In this document: positions 28,787 through 39,350 of the stretch, one piece after another
Position numbering within the stretch: position 1 is the stretch's first letter
Layout: the number at the start of each line of letters is the position of its first letter
Source: Desulfosudaceae bacterium
GTDB taxonomy: Bacteria > Desulfobacterota > Desulfobacteria > Desulfobacterales > Desulfosudaceae
Assembly: GCA_963674745.2 (NCBI GenBank)
Contig: CAXXDV010000003.1
Span: forward strand, 832,001 to 896,000
Length of the DNA: 64,000 nt
Direction of reading: 5' to 3'
Notes under the pieces: model-generated
The model's database searches: none
What the model was told of the DNA's origin: nothing
Seen by the model: only the letters and a program-made list of their open reading frames with translations
Made by a program: the position numbers and the translations under genes

Positions 28787-31225
28787 TTATCTGTTCTTCT
28801 TGTTTTCAAGTGCCCTGACTGTCGAGGCGATTTCTTCTGTTGTAACTGTTTTACGTATGGCCTCCATACGTTCCATAACAGCGGCGAACCGGACGCCTTC
28901 GGCGGCGCTGATCCATTCCAGCTGCAATCGTTCCGTACGGATCCCCCGTTTTTCCATTTTGCGGTGGATCTTGTTGATCCGTTTTTCCGTCCAGTGATTG
29001 GCGTCGATATAATGGCAGTCACCGATGTGACAACCGCTGACCAGAACCACCGGCGCGCCTTTGGCAAAGGCCTGCCAGACAAACTTTTCATCCACCCGGC
29101 CGGAACACATGGTCCTTATCAAACGGGCGTTGGGCGGGTACTGCAAACGGGAAACACCGGCGTAGTCGGCGCCGGCGTAGGAACACCAGTTGCAGGCAAA
29201 AATCAGGATCTTGTCTTCCGGTCTTTGGGCCAGCATGGCCTCGCTCTGGCTTTCGATCTGCTCATCTGAAAAATGGTTCATGATAATGGCGTCAAAAACG
29301 CATTCGGCGGCACAGGTACCGCACCCGGCGCAGGCCGCCTTGTTGACCACGGCCGGTATTTTTTTCTTAACATCAACCGTGATGGCATTGTAGGGACAGA
29401 CTTCGGCGCACTTGCCGCAGGACTTGCACTTTTCGGCAATTACTTCCGAGGTGATCGGTTCGGACAGGATCACACCCCGGTGCATCATCCGTATGGCCCG
29501 CCCGGCGGCAGCTGAGGCCTGGGTCACGCTCTCTTTGATGTCCTTGGGCCCTTCGGCACACCCGGCATAAAAAATGCCCCGGGTGGCCGCGTCCACGGGC
29601 TGGAGTTTGGGGTGGGCTTCCAGATAAAATCCATCCGGCGTGAGTTGGAGACCCAGCATTTCCTGGAGCCGCTGGGTACCCGGCGAAGGTTTAATACCCA
29701 CGGCCAGCACCAGCATATCCAGATCGTGGAACTCAATTTTACCGGCGGCGGTGTTCTCCACGGCCACCCTCAAACCGCGGTCCCCGGTTTCCTGGACATT
29801 GCCGGGCAGCCCCCGGACGTAACGGACGCCCAGGGCGCGGCTGCGATTATAGAGGTCTTCAAACCCTTTGCCAAAAGCGCGGATGTCGATGTAGAAAACC
29901 GTGATATCAATGTCCGGATCATGTTCTTTTAATACCAGGGTGCTTTTGATGGTGTTCATGCAGCAGATATTGGAACAGTAAACGCCCCCTTTACTCCGGG
30001 AGCGCGAGCCGACGCATTGAATGAACCCGATGGAGCGGGGATGCTTGCGGTCTGTGGGCCGCATAACCTCGCCCTTGGTCGGACCGCCGGCATTGACCAG
30101 TCGTTCAAACTCCACGCTGGTCAGGATATTGTCAAAACGGGTGTATCCATATTCGTCCATTTCCCTTGGATCATAGGCTTCCATACCGGTGGCCACGACA
30201 ATCGTGCCGACCCGCACGTTTATTTCCTCGTCCGAGAGATGAAAGTCAATACATTTCTTTTCGCAGGCATCGGCGCATTTGGTACAGCCATGCCCCAGGC
30301 ATTCCTGCATATTGATCAGAAATGAAGCCGGCACGGCCTGGGGAAAGGGAATGTAAACCGCTTTTCGGGATCCCAGGCCGGCATTGAATTCGTCAGGATA
30401 AACCACCGGGCAGGCATTGGCACAGTCGCCGCAGGCGGTACACTCTTTCTCTTGAACAAATTTGGATTTTTTTCGAACCCGAACGTCAAAATTACCGACA
30501 TAGCCCTTGATATCGATTACTTCACTCAAGGTCAGCAGCGTAATGTTGGGATGTCGACCGACATCCGCCATTTTCGGCCCCAGTATTCAGATGGAGCAGT
30601 CCATGGTGGGGAATGTTTTATCCAGCTGGGCCATCATCCCCCCGATGGACGGGTTTTTCTCGACCAGGAAAACTTCATAACCGTTGTCCGCCAGGTCCAA
30701 AGCCGCCTGAATGCCGGCCACGCCGCCGCCGATCACCAGGGTCCGTTTGGTCATGGGCAGAACCTCTTCGGTCAGGGCCCATAAACGCTCCACCCGCGCC
30801 ACTGCCATGCGAACCAGATCTTCCGCTTTTTCAGTCGCTTCCGCCGGCTGTTTCATGTGGACCCAGCTGCACTGTTCACGCAGGTTGGCCATTTCCAAAA
30901 GAAACGGGTTGAGATCGGCTTTTTTCATTACCTCCCGGAAGGTCGGCTCGTGCAGACGGGGTGAACAGGAGGCCACCACAATCCGGTTGAGGTTGTTCTC
31001 ACGGATGTCTTCGACGATTTCCGCCTGGCCCGGTTCGGAGCAGGCATAGGCGATTTCCTTGGCGATCCGGACATTGTCGAGGCCCGCTGCTGTTTGGGCC
31101 ACCCGGGCACAATCCACGGTCTGGGCGATATTCAGCCCGCAACGGCAGACATAAACGCCGATCCGTGCCTGATCATTGGTCGGGTCCGTTGCTGTGACGG
31201 ATGCCGCTGGTTTTTCTTCTTTCAT
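28787..31225 (-). CDS. hdrA: Selenocysteine-containing HdrA-MvhD fusion (812 aa)
   Basis: The two track ORFs (30587-31225 and 28787-30571) are in one frame joined by TGA at 30587-30589 in DKTFPTMDCSI-U-ILGPKM; GGGVAG FAD motif, ferredoxin motifs, CSNICCMNTIK, C-terminal MvhD (FACNWCSY, MCSGR, GCHIGDCHY). Confidence 0.88.
30549..30566 (-). promoter_or_regulatory. Bacterial SECIS-like hairpin
   Basis: GGAUGUC-GGUC-GACAUCC, starting 20 nt 3' of the in-frame UGA; G at the start of the apical loop. Confidence 0.65.
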
Positions 31226-31264
31226 CTGTTTCCCTTTTCTATTTTGTATCCCGGCCCGGGATGA

Positions 31265-32869
31265 TTATTCCCAGGTTAATGTTCTTGCAATAACACCGGT
31301 CAGGTCCATCATGTCCATTTCAAGCTCTTTTCCCCGCAGCGGGTCTTCCATGGCGCATCGCAGATGGGCCTGGCATTTCGGGCAGGCGGTGACCAGCAGA
31401 TCGCTGCCTGTTTCATGCGCCTGCTGAAGCCGGTTGATCTGCATGGCTTTACTAAAGGCATCGCACCCGGTCCAGGCACTGTTCCCGCAGCATATGGAAG
31501 AGGTGCCGGAATCCTTCATCTCATGAAAGTTGTCCGGCGCAATGCGTTGTATCAACTTGCGCGGCAAATCCCGTAATTGTTCAAAGCGGTTCATCCGGCA
31601 TGAATCCTGAAAAGTAAATTGCCGTTCCAGTGGCTTGAATGAATAGGCGCCTTTTTCAATTTCCCGCTCCAGCACTTCGTACAGGTGAGTGACCTTGAAG
31701 TTTACTTCTATGCCGTGGGCCGGATAGTCTATTGCCAGTGTGCGCCAGCATTCCGGACAGGCGGTGATTACTTCCTGTATGCCTTTTTGATGGATCGTTT
31801 CCACGTTCAGCCGGGCCAGTTTCAGGAAATTTGATCGGTCCCCCGACCACAGCAGGTCATGACCGCAGCAGCGTTCGTTTTCCAACACAGCCGGCGTAAT
31901 ATCAAAAAAATTCAACAACCGGAGACTGTCTTCCAGGATGGTGCCGGTCTGGATGTCGGTATGTTTTCGAAAAAAAGCGTCAAAAAACGGCGCGCAGCCA
32001 CCGAAAAAGAGGACCGAACTGTCTGAATCAATTTTAATTGATTTGGGCAGGCTGCCCCATCGCCGGGTTCTCAGTTCCGGCGAGGTCATGGCTCGCATCA
32101 GGGACTGAAAAAAACCGCCGTGGGTGGAGTGCCGTTCACCGCTGCCGATCATTTCGCATCGGATATCCCGGACAAAATCCGGAAAGTTGACACCCGACGG
32201 ACAGCGGTCATAACAGAGGCCGCATGTCAGGCAGGCCCAGATGTCGTCATGAACCTTGTCTGCGTCACCGGCAATGATGGCGGAAACCAGGGCCCGTGGA
32301 GAAAAAGGCCGGCCGCTGAGCGCCAGGGGACAGGAAGAGGTGCATTTGCCGCAATCCTGGCATTCATAGGCATTATACCGGGACAGAATGTCCGTAAACG
32401 ATGGCAGGGTCGTGCGGTCTTCCAGTCTCGGCCGAACGGTCGGAATTACGGGACTATTACCGAGCGCCATAATTTCCTTGCGGAAGGTTTCCAGGAATTC
32501 TTTGAGCGACTGAGTTTCGTCCGGGTGAAAGGTCGCCATTTTCATCCGGTTTCGGCCGATGCCCAGCAGGTCGATAATCCGGCGTGTATCTTCGGTATTG
32601 TTGTGTGCGGCATCCGTGCCGCTGCCGTATCGGCAGGTGCCGGATTTGCATCCCAGCAAGGCCACACCATCGGCTCCCATTTCAAAGGCTTTAAACAATA
32701 ACGCCTTGGTTATCCGTCCGGTACAGGGAATTCTGACCATTCGTATTTCCGAGGGCATGGGATAGCCCTGATCCAGGAGCGCGTTGTAAGCGGAATGAGG
32801 GCTCCAGTTGCATAGAAAGAGGACGATGTTGATATCGTTTTCTTTATTGTCCGTTTTTCTTTTGGCCAC
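31265..32869 (-). CDS. MvhD-HdrC/HdrB (HdrD-like) fusion
   Basis: FLCNW, PCTGR, GCKSGTC (MvhD); two CxxCxxCxxxC motifs; two CCG domains (CCGHD..ACPEC; CCGNS..ACPKC). Confidence 0.85.
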   Translation of the reverse strand: MAKRKTDNKENDINIVLFLCNWSPHSAYNALLDQGYPMPSEIRMVRIPCTGRITKALLFKAFEMGADGVALLGCKSGTCRYGSGTDAAHNNTEDTRRIIDLLGIGRNRMKMATFHPDETQSLKEFLETFRKEIMALGNSPVIPTVRPRLEDRTTLPSFTDILSRYNAYECQDCGKCTSSCPLALSGRPFSPRALVSAIIAGDADKVHDDIWACLTCGLCYDRCPSGVNFPDFVRDIRCEMIGSGERHSTHGGFFQSLMRAMTSPELRTRRWGSLPKSIKIDSDSSVLFFGGCAPFFDAFFRKHTDIQTGTILEDSLRLLNFFDITPAVLENERCCGHDLLWSGDRSNFLKLARLNVETIHQKGIQEVITACPECWRTLAIDYPAHGIEVNFKVTHLYEVLEREIEKGAYSFKPLERQFTFQDSCRMNRFEQLRDLPRKLIQRIAPDNFHEMKDSGTSSICCGNSAWTGCDAFSKAMQINRLQQAHETGSDLLVTACPKCQAHLRCAMEDPLRGKELEMDMMDLTGVIARTLTWE

Positions 32870-32889
32870 GGTTGTTCCTTATAAAAAAA

Positions 32890-33072
32890 GTTTTAAGGTG
32901 TTAGGTTTTAAAGTTTTATGTTTTAGGGAACGGGTCTTCATATTTTGATGTTGTCATCTGGTTCCAAACGGTAGTTAATTTTCCGAGGCGTTTAAAATTA
33001 TTTCCTACTTTATATTCTAACCAAAGCCCACGATTCAAAACCTAAAACCTAAAACTTTAAAACCTAAAACCT
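32890..33072. repeat. Intra-operon insert bounded by inverted 7-mer tandem arrays
   Basis: Left gttttaa/gttagg/gttttagg units; right (aaaacct)n at 33037-33072. Confidence 0.75.
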
Positions 33073-36000
33073 TATTTTATCAGTATTTCTTCCAGTGTCT
33101 GTTCTAAAAACTGCTGGTCCCGATAAGGACTGTCGGCCGCGTTTGACGGGCACACCGAAATACAATTGCCGCATCCTTTGCACAGGGTTTCATCAATTAC
33201 GGCATGCCAGTTATTGTAATCGTTCTGCCGGATGGTGATCGCCTGGTAGGGGCAGGCCTGGATGCAACGGCCGCAGAGTCGGCAATGTTGGGCATCTATG
33301 GCCACGGTATACCCCTTGCTTTGCCTGGGCCCCCGGGGCATAACCGCTGCGGCCAGGGCAGCGGCTGCGGCACCTTTCTGGCGGGCCGAGACCTCTATCC
33401 CGGGCGGCTCAGCCATAAAAATTCCGGCCACGGATGTCATGCCGGGATAATAGTAAGGAATTCCGGTTATATTCGGCCGCTGCATGGTGGCGGAGATTGC
33501 CCGGGCCGGAAGTTCATCCTGACGCAGAAATGTTACCGCGTCGGTGTTTTTGTCTCCGATGATGACCGCCCCGACTTGAAATTCCTGCTCCTGGTCACCC
33601 AGGTTGACTTGGATGTGAAAGTCTCCCAGGCTGCCCGTTATGCGCATTGCCTTTGAACCTTCAAACCGGAGCACGTTCACATCTTTGTGCTTATCGGACA
33701 ACGGCTTCTTTTTTGTGCCGAACATGAAGACATCGATTTTGGACTGCGCCAGAACTTCCGCGCTTTCCAGGGCTGCTTCGGACTCACCGATAATGGCCGT
33801 GGTAAAGTTGTAGTTTCTGGCCGGAGATGAAAATGGTTTGAGATTCCGTGAACGCCGGATGGCGCGATCGGTCATCCCTTCGAAACGCTGAGCGGCTGAT
33901 TCAGGTGAATCAGCGATCAGGTTAAGCACTTCACCCCGCAGGTTGAACGTCGTCACCATGGAACGACTGACGCCGGTGGCGTTGAACAGTCCTTTTTTCA
34001 GGCGGCTGCGCTGATCGGTGCAGGCGCTGCAGACGAAATCCAATGGGCAGCAGACGCACGACGCCAGCACCAGGCGGGTAATTCCTTTTTCACGGACCAC
34101 TCTGAGAATACGCGTTAAACCGTCCTGTATGCAGGCCGCGTTCACGGTTTCAACATGTTCAATGTCCGGGCGTTCCGCAAGTGTCCGGGCATAGGCGTCA
34201 AATTCCGGTAGCCAGCCCAACGCCTGGTTGCAGGCGCAGAAAAAAACACCGATGCGAATGTCTTTCGACAGCCCGGGGTCTGGCGGCGTAAACGTAACGC
34301 CTCTGCCCCCGCGTTGAACAGAGGCGTTGCCGAGTAATGTCATGGCCCGGGCAGCGGCGGCATAACCACGGGTCATCATGGCATGGGTGTCTGCCCGGGA
34401 TGTTTGTGGCCCATAGGCGCGGATGATATCGTCACCCCGCACCATGGGCGCCTGATCTGAATCGGCAATGATAATGGCGCCGACCTGTTCATTGATTGTC
34501 TCGGCCGTTTCATCATGAAAAATGGCGTTAATGGCGCCACAGGCGGTCACGCATTCCATGCATTCAGAGCAGATGCCGCATTGCAGACAGCGTTGCGCCT
34601 CGGCGCCGATCTGCGTTTCCGAACACCCCATGGCCACTTCGTCAAAGTTGCCTCTTCGCTCCGATACGTCACGTTTGGCTATACAAATCCTGTCGTTTGA
34701 GGGAAGGTCTTCGGGAAGCGCTGGAAAATCAAGATCAGCCGGCCGTCTGGCCGCATCATCGGCCGGGAGATCAATAATAATGTCGCAAACCTGTTTCAGT
34801 ATCTGAGCCGCAGCGGCACGACCGTTCGCCATGGCCTGCACCACCGATGAATACCCGGTAACGGCGTCGCCGGCGGCGTAAACGTTTTTCATACCGGTGC
34901 CGTGGCCTTCATCGGTATCAATCAACCCCGCGGATGAAAGGCTTAGTTTCCCTATTTTTTTACCGGTAAAAGGGCCGGTCTGACCGATGGCCACCACCGC
35001 CCGGTCGAATTCCAGCAGAGAAGGGGCGCTGTCTTTGATTACCACCGGCCACTCGATGCCCTGGCTGTCGGCCGGGCCGGGTCGGGTCGGGCGGCAGACA
35101 AGTTGTTTTAAACGGCCATTTTTGCCTTCAAAGGCGACCACCCGCATGCTGTCAATCAACTTGACGCCTTCGGCTAGGGCATCGTCGTATTCTTCCCTGT
35201 CGGCCGGGATTTTATCGGCCGCAAACCAGGAAATCAGGGTCACATCCGCGTTGATACGAACCAGGGCCCGGGCCAGATCAAAGGCCGCGTTGCCGTCGCC
35301 GATCACGGCGACTTTTTTCTTGAGCTTTTTGATTCCTCCCCGGTATAGGCTGGGCAGAAAGTCAAGGCATCCCTGAACACCGGTCAGTTCTTCGCCGGGA
35401 ATTCCCAGTTTACGGTCCGCCCAGGTGCCCGTGGCGATCAGCACGGCATTAAATTTTTTCGTTAATTTGGCCAGATCGGATTTAAAATCAATGTCGCTGC
35501 CGGTCTCAAATTTGACACCCAGCCCTTTGATCCAGGCCAGTTCCATATCCAGGATCGAACGGGGCAGGCGATGAGGACCGATGCCGTAACGAAGCAGGCC
35601 GCCGGCCTTTTTTTCCTTTTCATAAACCGTTACCTGGCAACCCTGGCGGGCCAGTTCTGCTGCTGCGGCCAGGCCGGCCGGGCCGGAACCGATCACGGCT
35701 ATTTTTTCGGGCCGTTTTTCTGTTGCCGTGGATGCCGATTTTTTTTTCGTTTTAGCGGCCTGTCTCATCTCGTGATCGGCCAGGAATTTTTTGATGTCCC
35801 GGATGGCGACCGGCTCGTCCAGCTCGCCGCGGCGGCAGGCGTCTTCACATGGATGGGTGCAGATCCGGCCGCAGATACCGGGTAGCACATTCCGCTGACG
35901 GACAAGTTCCAGTGCTTCTGCAAAACGTCCGGCGCCGGCCAGGGCCACATATCCCTGGGCGTTGACACCCAGCGGGCAGCTTTCCCGGCATAAGGGAAGG

Positions 36001-36446
36001 CGGCGTTTGTCAATGAAAGCCCGACTGGGAAGGCTCTGCCGGCTGTCAAAACCAATGGCTTTGGTATTGTCAATGGATACCGGGCAGGCTTCAACACAAC
36101 GCCCGCAAAGGACGCATAAGTTCGAATCAACAAAGGTGGGACTGGTCCGAATATCAACGCGGAAACCCTGGCGGTTGTGCTTGATGCCGGTAACATGGGC
36201 CGGAAGCAGGGCTTTGATACTGTCATTACGCAGTATCCGTATCAAGCCCGGACGATGGGCCTGGTTCAGCAAAACGCCTGACGGAAGGCGCCAGTGTTCA
36301 GCGCCCAGTTTGGTGTTGATGTCCGGATCACGGTCCACCAGCGTAACCGGTATGCCGATCTCCCCCAGTTTGTTGGCTGCTGCGATACCCGCCGGCGTGG
36401 CGCCGATCACGATCACCCGATGAAGACGTTCCTTGGCGCGTTTCAT
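33072..36446 (-). CDS. HdrL-like multidomain flavo-iron-sulfur protein (HdrA-like frame with GltD/NfnB-like module)
   Basis: Ferredoxin motifs; CRESCP, CGRICTHPCEDAC, GSGPAGLAAA, GDGNAAFD, AAGD, EAQRCLQC; GVFFCAC; terminal 2x[4Fe-4S]. Confidence 0.8.
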   Translation of the reverse strand: MKRAKERLHRVIVIGATPAGIAAANKLGEIGIPVTLVDRDPDINTKLGAEHWRLPSGVLLNQAHRPGLIRILRNDSIKALLPAHVTGIKHNRQGFRVDIRTSPTFVDSNLCVLCGRCVEACPVSIDNTKAIGFDSRQSLPSRAFIDKRRLPLCRESCPLGVNAQGYVALAGAGRFAEALELVRQRNVLPGICGRICTHPCEDACRRGELDEPVAIRDIKKFLADHEMRQAAKTKKKSASTATEKRPEKIAVIGSGPAGLAAAAELARQGCQVTVYEKEKKAGGLLRYGIGPHRLPRSILDMELAWIKGLGVKFETGSDIDFKSDLAKLTKKFNAVLIATGTWADRKLGIPGEELTGVQGCLDFLPSLYRGGIKKLKKKVAVIGDGNAAFDLARALVRINADVTLISWFAADKIPADREEYDDALAEGVKLIDSMRVVAFEGKNGRLKQLVCRPTRPGPADSQGIEWPVVIKDSAPSLLEFDRAVVAIGQTGPFTGKKIGKLSLSSAGLIDTDEGHGTGMKNVYAAGDAVTGYSSVVQAMANGRAAAAQILKQVCDIIIDLPADDAARRPADLDFPALPEDLPSNDRICIAKRDVSERRGNFDEVAMGCSETQIGAEAQRCLQCGICSECMECVTACGAINAIFHDETAETINEQVGAIIIADSDQAPMVRGDDIIRAYGPQTSRADTHAMMTRGYAAAARAMTLLGNASVQRGGRGVTFTPPDPGLSKDIRIGVFFCACNQALGWLPEFDAYARTLAERPDIEHVETVNAACIQDGLTRILRVVREKGITRLVLASCVCCPLDFVCSACTDQRSRLKKGLFNATGVSRSMVTTFNLRGEVLNLIADSPESAAQRFEGMTDRAIRRSRNLKPFSSPARNYNFTTAIIGESEAALESAEVLAQSKIDVFMFGTKKKPLSDKHKDVNVLRFEGSKAMRITGSLGDFHIQVNLGDQEQEFQVGAVIIGDKNTDAVTFLRQDELPARAISATMQRPNITGIPYYYPGMTSVAGIFMAEPPGIEVSARQKGAAAAALAAAVMPRGPRQSKGYTVAIDAQHCRLCGRCIQACPYQAITIRQNDYNNWHAVIDETLCKGCGNCISVCPSNAADSPYRDQQFLEQTLEEILIK

Positions 36447-37057
36447 TACAGCACCCCCGTCTGACCCGAAGCTTTGCGCTCCCGTCCTTTGAGAAGTGAC
36501 TGGCCGAACTCAAGCCCTTTGGTAAAAGCCTGGTCATTCTTTTTTTCCGTTCCTTTGGGGACAGAGGCTGCCACGGCTTCTCTGGCTGCGGTTTCGGAAA
36601 TCAACCCGGTAACAGCCACGGTAAAACCGATCATGATGATGTTGGCCATCATTTTGCGCCCCAGTTCTTCTGCCATGCGGGTGGCCGGAACGGCGAAATA
36701 ATCCCGCTTGCCGTCCGGTTTGACAAGGTCGCGGTCAGTCAGCAGCAACCCTTCCGGCTTGAGCTGGTCTTTGTATTTGTCGTAAGCCGACTGGGACATG
36801 CAGACAAGCACATCGGGTATTTTGATATACGGGTATTGGATGACCTCGTCCGAGACAATCACCTGGGCCGAGCAGGCCCCGCCCCGGGATTCCGGGCCGT
36901 ATGACTGCACCAGCGTGCTTTCCTTCTTGTCTCCCAGAACCGCTGCCATCCCCAGAATTTTACCGGCCAGAACGATTCCCTGGCCGCCGAATCCGGTGAC
37001 GATGACTTCTTTACGGAGTATTTCTTTTTTTGCGTTCATTGTTTTGCTTTTGTCCAA
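36446..37057 (-). CDS. 2-oxoacid:ferredoxin oxidoreductase gamma subunit (start may be 37039)
   Basis: TGFGGQG, QSYGPESRGG, ANIIMIG. Confidence 0.92.
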   Translation of the reverse strand: MDKSKTMNAKKEILRKEVIVTGFGGQGIVLAGKILGMAAVLGDKKESTLVQSYGPESRGGACSAQVIVSDEVIQYPYIKIPDVLVCMSQSAYDKYKDQLKPEGLLLTDRDLVKPDGKRDYFAVPATRMAEELGRKMMANIIMIGFTVAVTGLISETAAREAVAASVPKGTEKKNDQAFTKGLEFGQSLLKGRERKASGQTGVL

Positions 37058-37080
37058 TTCAGTCGTATTGTTCTTTTAAG

Positions 37081-37366
37081 GGGCCAAGGAGTCAAGGGGT
37101 CAAGGGGTCAAGGGGTCAAGGAACTTCCCATGAACTCGATATTATTGGTCCTCAAACAATACGGTGTATTCAAACCATAGAAAGTTATCGTAAATGCCCA
37201 TTTTAAATATTTAACCAGTACTTTTATCAACCGTCTTCTCGTCGAGTATTACGACGATTAAGCCTTCAATAAAGTAACAACAGGCCTGATACCTGTTTCA
37301 TCACCATATAATTAACTCCAATCTGCTTCCACAATCCCCTTGACCCCTCGACCCCTCGACCCCTTC
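37081..37366. repeat. Intra-operon insert bounded by inverted 8-mer tandem arrays
   Basis: Left (ggggtcaa)n at 37081-37121; right cccttgacccctcgacccctcgacccc at about 37337-37365. Confidence 0.8.
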
Positions 37367-37371
37367 AATGT

Positions 37372-38199
37372 TCACTCCTCCCCCATGCATACCTTGGCAT
37401 AACATTCGTCCTGGGTCGGCTTTTCCACGTGAATAAATTTCCCTAATGTGACGCTTTTGGTTAAGTCCATGTCCAGGGCGGCCGGATCGGCGCCGTTTTG
37501 AATAATGGTTTTATCCTGAAAGCTGTGCAGTATCTGCATGGCCGATTCCTTGTTACGCCGGCCGTAATTAATCGGGCAGGGGGAAAGCACCTCGATAAAT
37601 GCAAAGCCACGATGGTTTATTGCCTCAACAAAAGAATGAATCAGGTCACGGACATGAATCATTGTCCAGCGGGCCACGTAGGTGGCACCCGAAGCGTAAG
37701 CCAGCAGGGGGAGGTTGAATGGCGTTTCCGGGTTGCCGTAGGGCGTGGTCGCTGTTTTGGCCTGGTTGGGGGTTGTGGCCGCCACTTGTCCGCCGGTCAT
37801 GCCGTAGATCAGGTTGTTGATGCAAATGACAGTCAGGTCCATGTTTCGCCTGGCGGCATGAATAAAATGGTTGCCGCCGATGGCAAACAGGTCGCCGTCT
37901 CCTGAAAAAACAATAACATTGAGGTCCGGTTTGGCCATTTTAATCCCGGTGGCAAAAGGGATGGCACGGCCGTGGGTGGTGTGAAACGAATCCAGTTTGA
38001 CATAACCCGCGCCGCGACCGGAACAGCCAATGCCGGATACCATGGTAAATTTACGATAATCGATGCCCGTATCTTTTATGGCGGCCAGGCAGCTCGCAAA
38101 CACCGAGCCCACACCGCATCCCGGGCACCATATATGCGGAATGCGGTCAACCCGGATCAGGTCTTCCAGCGGATGCGCCGGCTGTTTTTTAGCAGCCAT
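37372..38199 (-). CDS. 2-oxoacid:ferredoxin oxidoreductase beta subunit
   Basis: WCPGCG, SGIGCS, HGRA, GDGD, NNLIYGMTGGQ, SPCP. Confidence 0.93.
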   Translation of the reverse strand: MAAKKQPAHPLEDLIRVDRIPHIWCPGCGVGSVFASCLAAIKDTGIDYRKFTMVSGIGCSGRGAGYVKLDSFHTTHGRAIPFATGIKMAKPDLNVIVFSGDGDLFAIGGNHFIHAARRNMDLTVICINNLIYGMTGGQVAATTPNQAKTATTPYGNPETPFNLPLLAYASGATYVARWTMIHVRDLIHSFVEAINHRGFAFIEVLSPCPINYGRRNKESAMQILHSFQDKTIIQNGADPAALDMDLTKSVTLGKFIHVEKPTQDECYAKVCMGEE

Positions 38200-38200
38200 A

Positions 38201-39346
38201 TTAAAATGCCTCTTTCATTAATTTAATTACTTCATCGGGAGGGATGATCGTTCCTCCGGGGTGCCCGACCAGGTGGCAGGGGGCATTCCCGCCAACGCAA
38301 CGCATCACCTCGCGGCTGATCTGGCCCATGTTTATTTCGACGGTAATAAAACCTTTGGCCTTTTCGGCCAGTTGTTGAATTTGTTCATCCGGAAAAGGCC
38401 AGACGGTGACCAGCCGCAGCAGTCCGGCTTTGATGCCCATGCGTCGCGCTTCGTCCACCGCCGTGTAGCTGGTCCGGGAAGAGACGCCATATGAAACAAT
38501 AATTATCTCGGCATCTTCCAGCAGGTATCCCCGGGTGCGGACAATGTCTTTGCGGTTGCTGCGGATTTTTCCCAGCAGGCGGGTGATCATGTCGTGCTGG
38601 GTTTCCACAGACATGACCGGGTAGCCCCGTTCATCATGGGTCAATCCGGTGACATGAATGTTAAAGCCGTCGCCGATGGCCGGCATGGGCGGCACCCCGT
38701 TTTTATCGGGGTGATACGGCAGATAATCTTTTTTGCGGCCGGTTGGTTTTCTGCGGCGGACGGTTTTAATGGTTTTGGCCGGGGGGATGACAACCTTTTC
38801 ACTCATGTGCCCCACGATCTCGTCGGACATGATGAAAACCGGCACGCGATAGGTTTCACTGAGGTTGAAGGCCTCGATGGTCAGATCGAACATCTCCTGG
38901 GGCGATGAGGGCGCGATGGCGATGATTTCATAATCCCCGTGAGACCCCCAGCGTGCCTGCATCATATCCGCCTGGGCGCCCATGGTGGGCAGTCCGGTAG
39001 ACGGCCCGGCCCGCTGGATATTGACTACCACACAGGGTGTTTCGGTGACCACGGCCAGGCCGACGGTTTCCATCATCAGGCTGAACCCCGGGCCGGAAGT
39101 GGCGGTCATGGTTTTGACGCCGGTCCAGGCCGCGCCCAGGATGGAGGTCATGGCGGCGATTTCGTCTTCCATCTGGATAAAAGTGCCGCCCACATCCGGC
39201 AGTCGTTCGGACATCTGTTCGGCCACTTCCGTGGCCGGCGTAATCGGGTAGGCGCCAAAAAACCGGCAGCCGGCGGCAATAGCGCCCTCGGCACAGGCAA
39301 TGTCGCCGTTTAGAAAATGTTCACCGGTTAATACGGCTGGTTTCAT
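38201..39346 (-). CDS. 2-oxoacid:ferredoxin oxidoreductase alpha subunit
   Basis: AYPITPAT, QMEDE, TATSGPG, QRAGPSTGLPT. Confidence 0.93.
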   Translation of the reverse strand: MKPAVLTGEHFLNGDIACAEGAIAAGCRFFGAYPITPATEVAEQMSERLPDVGGTFIQMEDEIAAMTSILGAAWTGVKTMTATSGPGFSLMMETVGLAVVTETPCVVVNIQRAGPSTGLPTMGAQADMMQARWGSHGDYEIIAIAPSSPQEMFDLTIEAFNLSETYRVPVFIMSDEIVGHMSEKVVIPPAKTIKTVRRRKPTGRKKDYLPYHPDKNGVPPMPAIGDGFNIHVTGLTHDERGYPVMSVETQHDMITRLLGKIRSNRKDIVRTRGYLLEDAEIIIVSYGVSSRTSYTAVDEARRMGIKAGLLRLVTVWPFPDEQIQQLAEKAKGFITVEINMGQISREVMRCVGGNAPCHLVGHPGGTIIPPDEVIKLMKEAF

Positions 39347-39350
39347 GATT

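Noticed and set aside
30587..31225. hdrA as a nonsense-mutated pseudogene or two genes
   Set aside because: The stop is TGA at a conserved Cys position with an intact downstream frame and a SECIS-like hairpin, so Sec recoding fits better
37125..37335. Decayed small cargo gene (for example a four-helix-bundle protein) between the inverted arrays
   Set aside because: Only a short helix-like reading (RRLIKVLVKYLK) and no convincing ORF; not supportable without a search
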